The translations under genes were made by a program, and so were the position numbers. A DNA stretch of 64,000 nucleotides from Macrostomum lignano (Eukaryota), in NCBI GenBank assembly GCA_002269645.1, contig NIVC01001159.1, forward strand, positions 423,414 through 487,413, in the 5' to 3' direction. The notes beneath the pieces are model-generated. The model saw only the letters and a list, made by a program, of their open reading frames with translations, was not told where the DNA came from and did not search any database. This document shows positions 1-13,000 of the stretch, piece by piece. Positions within the stretch are counted from its first letter, which is position 1; each line of letters starts with the position of its first letter.

Positions 1-90
1 CGCCTTGGGGGGGGGGGGGTTGGCTCTCAAGGCCGTTAATTGCACGAGCAGAGCCAAGCCGAGATTCCAATTCAGCCCCAAATTAATGTG

Positions 91-159
91 ACCACTTAGA
101 ATCGAGCCTGGGTCGCTGGCACACCAGAGCAGCTGCGCTACCGCTGGGCTACGGCCCCC
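91..159 (-). mobile_element. tRNA-related SINE head or tRNA pseudogene
   Basis: Minus strand reads GGGGGCCGTAGCCCAGCGGTAG...GGCTCGATTC: A and B boxes at tRNA spacing, with the same GGGGGCYGTAGCC start as the 13582 element. Confidence 0.45.
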
Positions 160-794
160 TTTGCTTAAGTAGGTTACATTCTTCTCCTAATTCATCCTTG
201 GGTAAATTATGAAATATCTGACGGGTTTGGCGGTTGGACGGTCTTCTGCATAAAAAACTGGAAATGCAATAAAATATTTCAGATAATTTTGACGCTACCC
301 TGGCCCCTACGAACTAATTAGGATCAGGGCCACCACCATTATCCGATTAGATAATTCCAGCCGATAATAAAGTCTAAAACGAACAATAGAGAGCCAGGTA
401 TCGATATGGTGGATTGAAAAAACCAATACAACTTTTTTCCAGAATTATCAATACCCACTTGACAGACAGACAGCTGAGGGAACAGCTCTGCAGTCGGCAT
501 TGGGCACAAAAAAGCCGAGCTCATTTCAATTAAATTCACTGTCATTGCACAAATGAATGAATTCCCGCATGAATTCTGGTTGGACCAAAAACTGCATTTT
601 TACCTTAGCTATCTCATGTATACAAAAGTGTTATGTATAACTATTAGCATTCTTTGAGAGACAATAGAAACAGACAGGTTACGGCCATAGACAAGAACAG
701 GCCTCTCTCTCGCCTACCCGCCTTTAATAATTTAGCTAAGCCCATGGAATTGATTTGTGTGCTCACTGCGCCGCACAGTTGGTTGGGGAAAGAG

Positions 795-1510
795 GGTGAG
801 ACAGTGGAGTGAGATGAACTGGGAATAGGGGTGAGACAGTGGTGAGATGAACTGGGAATAGGGGTGAGACAGTGGAGTGAGATGAACTGGGAATAGGGGT
901 GAGACAGTGGTGAGATGAACTGGGAATAGGGGTGAGACAGTGGAGTGAGATGAACTGGGAATAGGGGTGAGACAGTGGTGAGATGAACTGGGAATAGGGG
1001 TGAGACAGTGGTGAGATGAACTGGGAATAGGGGTGAGACAGTGGAGTGAGATGAACTGGGAATAGGGGTGAGACAGTGGTGAGATGAACTGGGAATAGGG
1101 GTGAGACAGTGGGGGGAGATGAACTGGGAATAGGGGTGAGACAGTGGTGAGATGAACTGGGAATAGGGGTGAGACAGTGGTGAGATGAACTGGGAATAGG
1201 GGTGAGACAGTGGAGTGAGATGAACTGGGAATAGGGGTGAGACAGTGGTGAGATGAACTGGGAATAGGGGTGAGACAGTGGAGTGAGATGAACTGGGAAT
1301 AGGGGTGAGACAGTGGTGAGATGAACTGGGAATAGGGGTGAGACAGTGGTGAGATGAACTGGGAATAGGGGTGAGACAGTGGTGAGATGAACTGGGAATA
1401 GGGGTGAGACAGTGGTGAGATGAACTGGGAATAGGGGTGAGACAGTGGTGAGATGAACTGGGAATAGGGGTGAGACAGTGGTGAGATGAACTGGGAATAG
1501 GGGTGAGAGT
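795..1510. repeat. Minisatellite, 33/35-bp unit GAGATGAACTGGGAATAGGGGTGAGACAGTG(GA)GT, about 21 copies
   Basis: Direct inspection. Confidence 0.95.
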
Positions 1511-2169
1511 GGGGTGAGATAACTGTAAATATGGCTAAGAGATGAGCAGATGGTTAGAAGGAAATCCAGTAGAAACTGCCGATATGCATCGTAGAAGCCG
1601 TATCGAAGCAGTAAAATAGCGGAACAAAAAAGCCAGTCCCAATTATTCCAACAGTCGCCGGTGTCTCTGCTAAAGAATTAATTTTCCCTCCGTGTGGTTT
1701 TCGTTTTGCCAGCAGGCAGCTGGGAGGGGTGGTGGCAGCGGCACAATGCCTGCTAGACACAATTTGAGAGCTGAGCACACACACACGTATATATACATAT
1801 TGGAATCCAGGCTCTCACTACTCAATACTCAACTCAACAATGTCGCCTCGAGTAGGGCGCGAGTGGCACTTGAGTTCACGGGGAACCACCTGGGCGCAGT
1901 TTTGAGCACAGGAGTGAACTGGCTCAGACTCTGGAGAGCGGCATCAGAATAGCTAAGGAGGCCTGGGGTGAATATATTTATACAGAGCAGTGAGTCTGCT
2001 ACTACCGAAATCTGTTCTGCCTCAATATAAATCAATTTTTTCATAAATAGCCAATTGATTTTGCGTGGGTGCCGCGCAGTCGACTTTTTTATATTCCTGT
2101 TGCAGCGGCTTGCTTGATTAATTTCTGCCTTGCAGATTGGTTGCCATGGAAAACAGGACACCCAGTGGA

Positions 2170-2752
2170 GATCCCGACTGGATCGGGATCACGGGACTAA
2201 TGGGATTGGGACCTACAGACTTAGGGATTGAGATCAATGGACTAATGGGACTGGAACCTACAAACTTAGGGATTAGGATCACGGGACTAATGGGACTGGG
2301 ACCTACAGACTTAGGGATTGAGATCAATGGACTAATGGGACTGGAACCTACAAACTTAGGGATTAGGATCACGGGACTAATGGGATTGGGACCTACAGAC
2401 TTAGGGATTGGGATCACGGGACTAATGGGACTGGGACCTACAGACTTAGGGATTGAGATCAATGGACTAATGGGACTGGGATCTACAGACTTAGGGATTG
2501 AGATCAATGGACTAATGGGACTGGGACCTACAGAGTTAGGTATTGGGATCACGGGACTAATGGGACTGGGACCTACAGACTTAGGGATTAGGATCACGGG
2601 ACTAATGGACTAATGGGACTGGGATCCACAGACTTGGAGATTGGGATCACGGGACTAATGGGACTGGGACCTACAAACTTAGGGATTGGGATCACGGGAC
2701 TAATGGACTAATGGGACTGGGACCTACAGACTTGGAGATTGGGATCACGGGA
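2170..2752. repeat. Minisatellite, 45-bp unit GGGACTAATGGGACTGGGACCTACAGACTTAGGGATTGGGATCAC, about 12 copies
   Basis: Direct inspection; explains the repetitive ORFs at 2118-2613. Confidence 0.95.
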
Positions 2753-4415
2753 CTTGTGTCTCTCAGTCAGACAAAAAGAGTAAAACTAACACGTTAACAA
2801 AGAGTTGCATATAAAGTATTTTGTGTGAAAATGTGTCACATAACTGACGACCGATGACAATCAATCACTTTAATAGCAGAAAGAGAGAAGAGTTGACGCG
2901 AACAGTTAAGCAAGAGAAAACGGGGTCTGGCTTGTTAAGGCGGAGCTGATCTGTCTGTCTCGGATGCATCGTTAGCAACAGCAGAAAAAAAGACAGACTG
3001 AGACAGGGGGGGTTTAGTTTTTGAGTGCGAGGGAGTCGCGGCGAAGTTGAAGAAAAAGATGCTAACAACTATCAATAGCTACATTAGCAAACAGGTCAGT
3101 TGGGTGAACTGAAAGTCTCCAGTGCAGAATTTTATACGCATTGGTTAATTTAGCAGACTTGTAAGGGGATATTTATAGTTTAGGCAGTAAATATACAATA
3201 AACACTAACTAACTACTCGCGAAAGTAGCTTGAACGCAAATTAGTATTTAATTTATATATATAAATAATAAAAAATGTTCATCGAAACTCAGAATTGGTT
3301 TATAAATAAAACTGATTATGAATCTGTAGTCGAAGCAAAGAATTGGGGACAACAACAGCGAGACATGTGGGGATGCGGGGAGCCAAACCTGCCAATCTAC
3401 TGAATCAGGAACTTGAATAGAATCAAATTTGATTATTTAATATGTTGAAAAAGTCGATTAGAATGAGACACAACGGAGCGGCGACTCCAATCTGAATATA
3501 AGCGCATGCGAGCTGGTCTGGGTAATTAACAAAGCAATTAACTATGAACTATGATTCTAGTTAATAAGTTATTGAAAGTACAGGACAGGGAGAAGCGCGC
3601 GTTTAGGCCTTAAGTTTTTCATATTGATCTCGAATTTTGTTACATAAAATCAACAAGCAAAACTGGCAAAAATGTTGGGATAAATATTTCTCAGCGAAAC
3701 AGTTTTGATGCTGCAGTGGGATGGCAAAGAAAGCCGCCCCCCCCACAGGCAAAGCGAACCGGGTGCTGGCAGGAACTCGCAGTTATTGTGCTCAAATTCT
3801 CCCAAGCCCAGATCTGACAACAGCAACAACAAAAATAGTCTTTTGCTTTAACTACTACTGACAAAACGCTAGGAAAGTGAGTAGCAAGTTCAGCAAATTA
3901 GATGATAAGAATAGTGCAAGATGAGGAGCATAAGCATATCTTCACGGCATATGTTAAGTGTTTCTCAACACTGTAAGAGACCAACATCATCATAGAAATC
4001 TCAGAATAGAGATAAAAATAAATTCAATTAAAAATGTTTTCAGACAAACGGCATGTTTTGGAACAGAGCGACAGAGTTCAGGGGGGCGAAGAGCTGGTTT
4101 AAAAATAGAATTCATATATATGCATAAATATATATCAATAGCTATGAACAAACTGGTGAATATAACTTAGGAAACACTGCGCAGCCAAGACGGGCAGACA
4201 TCCAACTGATCTGGTCAGTCAATCAATCATTCTAATGGATTTCAATAGTAAAAACTGTGCACCCACTGACCCCCCAAACTCCATCTCTGCTATATCTCGC
4301 TACTCAATAAAATAATTAGAATGACAAAATAGAGAAATGGCGGCGACATCAAAGGCGGCGTTTATTGAAATAAGAATTCTTTTTTTCAGTCAGAAGCATC
4401 CTCTGGTGAAAGAAA

Positions 4416-6977
4416 TCACATGGTTGAAGTGCTGGTTGTTGACGATACTACTGTTGAATCGGCCGGACCAGTAGTATTGGCGGTGTTTGCTGTGCCCGAC
4501 TTTTCCAGCTCGGAGTCAGGCGGAGGCGAGGGCGAGTCCCGGCCGCTCTCCACGTCGAAGGCTTCGTCGCTTGGAGGAGGCGGAGGCGGCGGTGGAGGCG
4601 CGGGCGCCTGCTGCTGACTGACGCCTGCTGGAGGTCGGTAGTGCCGGGTAGAAGTCTGCTGCATCTGCTGCGGCTGCTGGGGCGGCGGAGTCGGCGGCTC
4701 CTCGGGCGATGTGGCCTCGTCTGAGTCTTGGTTCTGAAGCATGGGTTGAGTTGACTGGGTTAATGGGCTGGTGTTGATTGATTGACTGACTGGTGTTGAT
4801 TGATCTGATTGATTGATTGACTGACTGGTGTTGATTGATTTGATTGATTGATTGATTGACTGGTGTTGATTGATCTGATTGATTGACTGACTGGTGTTGA
4901 TTGATTTGATTGATTGATTGATTGACTGGTGTTGATTGATCTGATTGATTGACTGACTGGTGTTGATTGATTTGATTGATTGATTGATTGACTGGTGCTG
5001 ATTGATTTGATTGATTGATTGACTGGTGCTGATTGATTTGATTGATTGATTGATTGACTGGTATTGATTGATCTGATTGATTGACTGACTGGTGTTGATT
5101 GATCTGATTGACTGACTGGTGTTGATTGATTTGATTGACTGACTGGTGTTGATTGATTTGATTGACTGACTGGTGTTGATTGATTTGATTGACTGACTGG
5201 TGTTGATTGATTTGATTGACTGACTGGTGTTGATTGATTTGATTGACTGACTGGTGTTGATTGATCTGATTGATTGATTGACTGACTGGTGTTGATTGAT
5301 CTGATTGATTGACTGACTGGTGTTGATTGATTTGATTGATTGACTGACTGGTGTTGATTGATCTGATTGATTGATTGACTGACTGGTGTTGATTGGTCTG
5401 ATTGATTGACTGACTGGTGTTGATTGATCTGATTGATTGACTGACTGGTGTTGATTGATCTGATTGATTGATTGACTGACTGACTGGTGTTGATTGATTT
5501 GATTGATTGACTGACTGGTGTTGATTGATCTGATTGATTGATTGACTGACTGGTGTTGATTGATTTGATTGATTGACTGACTGGTGTTGATTGATCTGAT
5601 TGATTGATTGACTGACTGGTGTTGATTGATTTGATTGATTGACTGACTGGTGTTGATTGATCTGATTGATTGATTGATTGACTGGTGTTGATTGATTGAT
5701 TGACTGACTGGTGTTGATTGATTGATTGACTGACTGGTGTTGATTGATTGATTGACTGACTGGTGTTGATTGATTGATTGACTGACTGGTGTTGATTGGT
5801 CTGATTGATTGATTGACTGACTGGTGTTGATTGATTTGATTGATTGATTGACTGACTGGTGTTGATTGATTTGATTGATTGACTGACTGGTGTTGATTGA
5901 TTTGATTGATTGATTGACTGGTGTTGATTGGTAGACTTTGATTGATAAATTGACAACCTTGCTCGACAGATTGACAGATAGATATAAGATACAAATGGCC
6001 TGACCCTGGCCCTACTAATACGGTTGGCAACAATAAAACTCACAAATTTCAGCAGGAAATTATCCGCCCGCGTCAGAGTGCTCCTGGCCGAGTTGGTTCG
6101 CTCAATATAGTAGCCTGAGCTGGTCTCGTTGCTGGCCTGACAGACTGCGGCGGCAGCGGCTGCTGCAGCGGCGGCGGCTGTCGGGCTGCTGGTGGCAGCG
6201 GCGGCGGCAGCAGCCGTAGCGGTGTAATAAGACGGCGGGCGCCTGTCCAGTTCATCGTTGAGCCAGTCCACAGCCCGGCGGTACTGCTTCATCATGTTGT
6301 TATCGCTGCTGAGCAGCTCCTCGGCGGCTGAGCAGCGCTCGAGCAGGCGGGTGACCAGCTTGAAGCACTGGTAGCTTCGCTTCTGCTGGTGCGCCTTGCA
6401 GGTGTTGAAGGTGTCGAACAGGCCGTCGGAGTCGCGGTGGCCCAGCAGGGCGTTGTGAATCCGCTGCTTCTGCCAGCTGTCCTCAATGAGCAGGAATTCG
6501 AGCAGCAGATCTAGGAAAGGCCGCAGCTCATTGGAATAGGTGTAGTTGATGAACCAAATAATCTCAATGATGACCAGCTGGGAGAAGACGGAATTCTCCC
6601 AGGACAGAAACAGGATCAGCGACACAACATCTGGATTAGATGCGTTGCCGTCCTCCAGCATCTTTTTGATGATGCGGTTCTGCGGCGTCTTGTAGAGCAT
6701 GTTGGCCAAGTCTGCTGGCATGGCGCTGAGCGGCCGGCCGCCAAGGCGCTCGTCCAGGTAGGGGTTGGGCTCGGCCGGCCGGCGCTGGTCGATGGTCTGG
6801 CACTGCGGCAGAGTGTCGTAGCAGCGGATGAGGATGGACACCACGGAGAACAGCTTGCCGAATTCGGCGTACTGATACTTCACCGGCGGGCAGATGCCGC
6901 CCTCCTCCGTGACGAGCAGCAGGAAGAAGTAGGGCACGCGCAGGTTCAGCAGGAGGCGGCGTTCGGACACGCCCGGC

Positions 6978-7022
<45 letters not shown>

Positions 7023-10000
7023 ATTGACTCACCGCCGCGCAAGTAGCAGTGGAACAGGTAGAAATACTGCGGCAAATGGCGGCCGTGCTCGCTGACCTCC
7101 CGCCTGAGCAGTTGCAGCACCGACCAGAGCAGCAGCTCGGCACAGGGGCGCGGAGTCGGGTCCTGGTACAGGTTGCGGACCGCCCAGTCTGGGCAGGGCC
7201 CATCCTCCGCGCTCAGGTGGGCGGTGCAAACTATGAGGCGGGCAAAGAAGCCTCGAACATCCGAGGCCGGGCATTCGAGCAGGTATTCGCTAATCCGATT
7301 GGGATGATCAAAGAACGCCTCCTTAGCGAAGTAGTTGCGCACCTTGGCTGAGACGCGCAGGTGAGCAGCGATGATCTCGAGCCAGTCGCTGGGCTGGCCG
7401 CGCAAAATCTTCTTGGCCCGGAGGCCGACCGAGAACAGGAAGCGGACGGCGAGGTTCAGACAGCAGATTGACATCTCCTCGGCCAGGTGGCCGTCCATCT
7501 GCTGCTGCTGGTCGGCAGGGCGGGGCGCATTCTCCCTGATGAGGGTCTTGATGAAGCTGAAGTACTCCTGAGAGAACTGGGCCTTATTGTGCATGAACAT
7601 GAGGTTCTGTCGGCGGACCATCCGATCGATGGAGCTGGGCAGGCGGGTGGTTGACGGCTCGGTGAGGCTGAGGTCGCTGAAGGATTTGGTGAGGGTGACC
7701 ACCGCTTCGGAGGTGGCAAAGTCCAGCCTCTCGTAGAACAGAATGTAGGCATTCCACCAGCGGTTCTGCTTGCGCATCTGCATCTTGCGGATCATGTGAT
7801 CGTACACCTCGCCAACGTACAGTCCGCCGAAGCACTGCGACTTCAGTTCCTCGTCGTCTTCGAGCTTGTATTCGGACACGTCATTATCGTCGAATTTGTA
7901 CCACTTCTCGGCGCCGTCGCGGCCGCGGTGCAGGATGTAGGCGTAATAGTGGCCGCCGGTGGCCTGGCCGCTGTGCACCACCACGCCAACCAGGCGGTAC
8001 TTCGTTGAGGCTTCAACATTGGCGCCGCCTTCGCCAGCATTGGCGGTTGACGCCTCGGCGGAGCTCGACGAGGCATCGTCGGCGTCGTCTTCGATGGTTT
8101 CGCCTTCAATTTTGGCGAGGCCGCGCACAGTGTACGGCTCCATGTCCACCTGGCGGGGAAACTCGAAATGGTCGTTGAACTTCACGGCAACGTCCTTCTC
8201 CCAGTCGTAGTCGAATCGCTTCAGCTGGATGGCCAGAATAGAGGGCAGCTTCTTGATGCAGAGCCGCTTCACCGTGTCAACCTTCTTGTTGCACTTTTCG
8301 CACAGGTAGGCATTGTCACCCTCGAGTAGGTCGCCTTTCACGTATTGCTCAAGCGATTCGAACAGGTTGGTGTGATTGCGAATGTCGATGTTGAGAGTTG
8401 TGAACGGTTCCTCGCGCGAGTAGCGGTGCGGACAGTCATTGCAGATTTTCTGGTCCGCGAAGGTGCCACCGAGAACCTGACAATGGGCGGTGTTGGTTGT
8501 AAGTGAGCAGACCTTCTGTGGTGCCTGGGCAGTGACTGTCTACCTGGCAGTGAGTCTGTCTACTGACAGTGAGTCTGTCTACCTGGTAGTGAGTCTGTCT
8601 ACCTGGCAGTGAGTCTGTCTACCTGACAGTGAGTCTGTCTACTGACAGTGAGTCTGTCTACCTGGCAGTGAGTCTGTCTACTGACAGTGAGTCTGTCTAC
8701 CTGGTAGTGAGTCTGTCTACCTGGCAGTGAGTCTGTCTACCTGACAGTGAGTCTGTCTACCTGGCAGTGAGTCTGTCTACCTGACGGTGAGTCTGTCTAC
8801 CTGGAAGTGAGTCTGTCTACCTGGCAGTGACTGTCTACCTGGCAGTGAGTCTGTCTACCTGGCAGTGAGTCTGTCTACCTGGCAGTGAGTCTGTCTACCT
8901 GGCAGTGAGTCTATCTACCTGGAAGTGAGTCTGTCTACCTGGCAGTGAGTCTGTCTACCCCATGCTCACCTTCTCAATAATTTTTGGCTGTCCGAGCGTC
9001 TTCATAGCCTCATCAAGGCTGTCCACCAGACAGTTGAAGAACTCCAAAGCGTCGTGCTGCTCGCGCAGGTTCACCGGTTCGCCCCACAGCCGGAAGTGGC
9101 TCCAGAAGCTCCGAGGCGTGTAGAACTGCAGCTTGGAGCAGGCCAGCTGGCCAAACAGCGCCTGTATGTGCTGCAGCAGAGTGACATTGTAGTCCGCCTG
9201 CTGCGGCTTCTGTTGCTGCTGCTGCTGTTGCTGTTGAAACAACAACGGCGGATGCTGCTGTTGCTGTTCGTCCTCTTCCAAGAAGAGGTAGTCGCATCCG
9301 GTATCCACAGACAGGATGGCATTCCGTATGGGATGAATCATGTACAGCTGCTGGATGACCGAGTTCATGTAGCAGGTGGCGCCGGCATTCTTCAAACCGA
9401 CGAAGCCCTCGGGCGGCCGGGCATTCACCGGGGGCAGGTATTCCCATTCGCAAGGCGGCATGGCGGCAGAGTCAGAATAGTACATGCGCACTAGCCGGTC
9501 AGTCAGGCACTGCAGATTCTCCAGACAGTCGGTGCAGAGAGCCACGATCAGGTCGAATGCACCCTGGCATGCAGCCTGAGACTGGCACAGCGGCACAGTT
9601 GACTGTTCCAGAGACTGGTCCAGGATGAACTTGGAGGCTGGGAACAGGAAGTCCTCGATTAGGTCCACGATCAGCTGGGGTCCGCCCGGCTCGCTGCCCA
9701 GGTAGCGTCGGCGAGATCGCGCGAACCGGACCAGCTCCTTGCAGACTCGAAGGTGGCCCTGGTGACAGCGGGGCGGCTGGATACTGTAGCTGCATACCAC
9801 TAGTACTGTCTTGAATGTGTCTTTAACCTGAGCCACCTCATATGCTCTCGTTGCTAAACGGCTATCTGGCACTGTAATATGAACACATGACTACCTTACT
9901 GAACACCTGACTACCTTACTGAACACCTGACTGCCTCATTAACCACCTGACTACCTCATTAACCACCTGACTGCGTCATTGACCACCTGACTGCGTCATT

Positions 10001-13000
10001 GACCACCTGACTGCGTCATTGACCACCTGACTGCGTCATTGACCACCTGACTGCGTCATTAACCACCTGACTGCGTCATTGACCACATGACTGCCTCATT
10101 AATCACCTGACTGCGTCATTAACCACCTGACTGCGTCATTAACCACCTGACTACCTCATTAACCACCTGACTACCTCATTGAATTCTCACCTGCAGCAGA
10201 TTTTCATCGCACGGTGCCTGGGCCTCTTTAACAGCTTTAAGCCAGGCAATCTCATTGGTCAGAAGTTTCTCCGCGTTGCCCAGTTGACAGCCGCGCTCGT
10301 GATAATTCGATAGCAGCGTTTCCAATAGTAGAAAATATTCCAGACTCTGCCGCTCGTGCTGTTTCACCAAGTTATTAAGCTGAGTGAACAGCAAAGTGGT
10401 AAAGAATAGCAGAGGCCGGGTCTCCAGGGAGCAGCGGGTGGCAATGATGGCGAACTGTTCGCGAGCGCTGTCGCGAACCTCGGGCAGGGGACAAAGGATC
10501 AGAGCGTCGGTGATGAACAACTGCCAGTAGCGCTCCCGGCATAGCGACTCAACCGCGGACGAATTCACCTGCGGAGAGTAATTGGAATCGGTTGAATTAA
10601 ATATCCTTGCTGTGGTACTTATAGTAAACGAAATAGATTTTTGGAAATTTCAACATATCTGCTATTTCCGATATGTATCGAAAACTAATAAATGAAGTGA
10701 CATTTTTAATGAAAATTCTGAAAAAGATAATTAAAATGTTCAAAAAATCGTTTTTTACTGATGCTAGCCGATATGTATCGAAAGCTACTTGATAAAGCGC
10801 ATTTTTCAAAGTATGATATATATTAGTGAACAAATAGCTAGCCACTTACAGACAGGTACAGCGACAACAGCTCAAGACTGAGCACAGCCAATTCCCTATC
10901 GGGCAATGATTGCAAGCTGGCTAAATCCGGTTCCGATGCGGCCAGTCTCTCCATAGCCGCGTGCACCTCCTCGTAGGGCCTGTAGGCCAGCTCGACAGCG
11001 TGAGCGGCGCTAGCCCAAGCCAGCCTGGCAACCGCGGCCACAGCCTCTGTGGAGGCCAGAGCCGGCAGGTCCTGGCGCAGCAGGCGGGACTCGCACAGGC
11101 TTCGAACAGAGTCGCGAGCCACCCGGGAGCAGTGCTGTTTCAACAGGTAGTCGCGCAGATGATGCGGAGTGTGCTGGATGCTGCTGATGAGGACTCTGGC
11201 GCTGTCAGCCAGTTGACTGGGCAGCAGCTGAGGGTCGCCGCTCTGTTGAGCGTAGAGCAGGGCGAAGGCTACGCCAGTGAGCAGCAGTTTGGCCAGGCGG
11301 ACAAGCCACAGGTGGATGAGCTTTCGAGTTGGCAGGTCGGCCCTGGTCAGGTAGTCCGTGCTGGTGAACGCGGCTAGAATGACGCCAACACCGCCGCGTT
11401 CAACAAACTTCACAAGCAGCAGCTGGCTGTCCGGACAGACGGACTCGCTGGCCGGGAACAGCAGGCTGTACAGCACCTGGGCATTGTAAAGCAGCTCACT
11501 CGGGCCGGCTTTGTCAAACAGAGCGTCTCGGAGTTGACCGGGCGCTGCTGACGCGTCGGCTGTTGAATCTCCGCAGCAGAGCGAGCGGAGCAGCTGCACC
11601 TGGCGATGGTGCGGCGGCATGAGGTCCAGCAGGTCGCGTACACCCTGCCTGAGGCTGGGCAAGTCCAGCTCGGAGCCCAGGTCGGCCAGGCAGAATAGAA
11701 AATTGGCCAGGTCGGGGTGCAGCTCGCCGGACATGATGACGCCAGGCAGGCAGGCCTCTGAAGCGGCCGGGACAGCGTCCAGCAGCTGCTGCTGCTGCTG
11801 CAGGAGAGGCGGCTGCTGGCCAGGCAGATGCGGCTGCTGATGCTGCACCTGCGCCTGCTGCTGCTGCTGCCTCGGCGAGCCGCCATCAACGGAGCTGCCC
11901 GAGCTGCTATCGGGTGAGCTGGCCAGGTTGTTAGGTATCGGCTGGGCGGCGGCAGCTGGCAGCAGTTTGCCAGTGAGGATGGCCAGGTTGCCGATGCCCA
12001 GCTCAACCAGAAGGCGTCTGTCAGTCTCGGCGGGTTCCAGGCATTCGTTATTGAAGTAGAGCTCAAGGCGGCAGGGAAATGGCGCCGCCTGGTGGCTGGC
12101 GATCTCTCTGAGCACGCTGCGCCGGTAATAGCCCAGGGTCTCGTTGGAGTGGGCCCAGTACTCGTGATCGGCTTTGCTGAGCTGCTGCTGGCCTGCCAGT
12201 CTCGGGTGCTGCGAGTGCGGCGGCTGCGGCGACACGTACGTCTGGGGCTGGCCCGGCCCGCCCGCCTGCGGCAGTTCGGGGGGCAACCAGTCATTACCAA
12301 CTGACAGATTCTGCAACCAGTCATTACCAACTGACAGATTCTGCAACCAGTCATTACCAACTGACAGATTCTGCAACCAGTCATTACCAACTGACAGATA
12401 CTGCAACCAGTCATTACCAACTGACAGATTCTGCAACCAGTCATTACCAACTGACAGATACTGCAACCAGTCATTACCAACTGACAGATTCTGCAACCAG
12501 TCATTACCAACTGACAGATACTGCAACCAGTCATTACCAACTGACAGATTCTGCAACCAGTCATTACCAACTGACAGATACTGCAACCAGTCATTACCAA
12601 CTGACAGATTCTGCAACCAGTCATTACCAACTGACAGATACTGCAACCAGTCATTACCAACTGACAGATTCTGCAACCAGTCATTACCAACTGACAGATA
12701 CTGCAACCAGTCATTACCAACTGACAGATTCTACAACCAGTCATTACCAACTGACAGATTCTGCAACCAGTCATTACCCAGCATCATCAACTTTACAAGC
12801 AGAGCTCGGATGCAAACAGCCCAGCATTACCAACTCTACAAGCAGAGCTCAGATGCAAACAGCCCAGCATTACCAACTCTACAAGCAGAGCTCAGGTGCA
12901 AACAGCCCAGCATTACCAAAGCCCAGCCAGCCCTCACCTGTCCAGTCTGCAGCCGCAGTATGACTTTGAAGCTGTGGCCACGCCAGGCGTGCATCAGCCG

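Noticed and set aside
2118-2613. 158-159 aa ORFs with GLMGLGPTDLGI or PISP repeats, resembling collagen-like or surface proteins
   Set aside because: They are translations of a 45-bp minisatellite, open on both strands with no unique domain.
4335-4344. AAATGGCGGC (YY1-like or start-like motif) just past the USP9X poly(A) signal
   Set aside because: No ORF follows on + and it points into the USP9X 3' end; a single short motif is insufficient evidence.
6073-9795. Numerous 60-146 aa overlapping or antisense ORFs within USP9X exons, and similar ones in IQSEC and the GPT-like gene
   Set aside because: These are expected shadow ORFs of GC-rich coding sequence, with no independent motifs.
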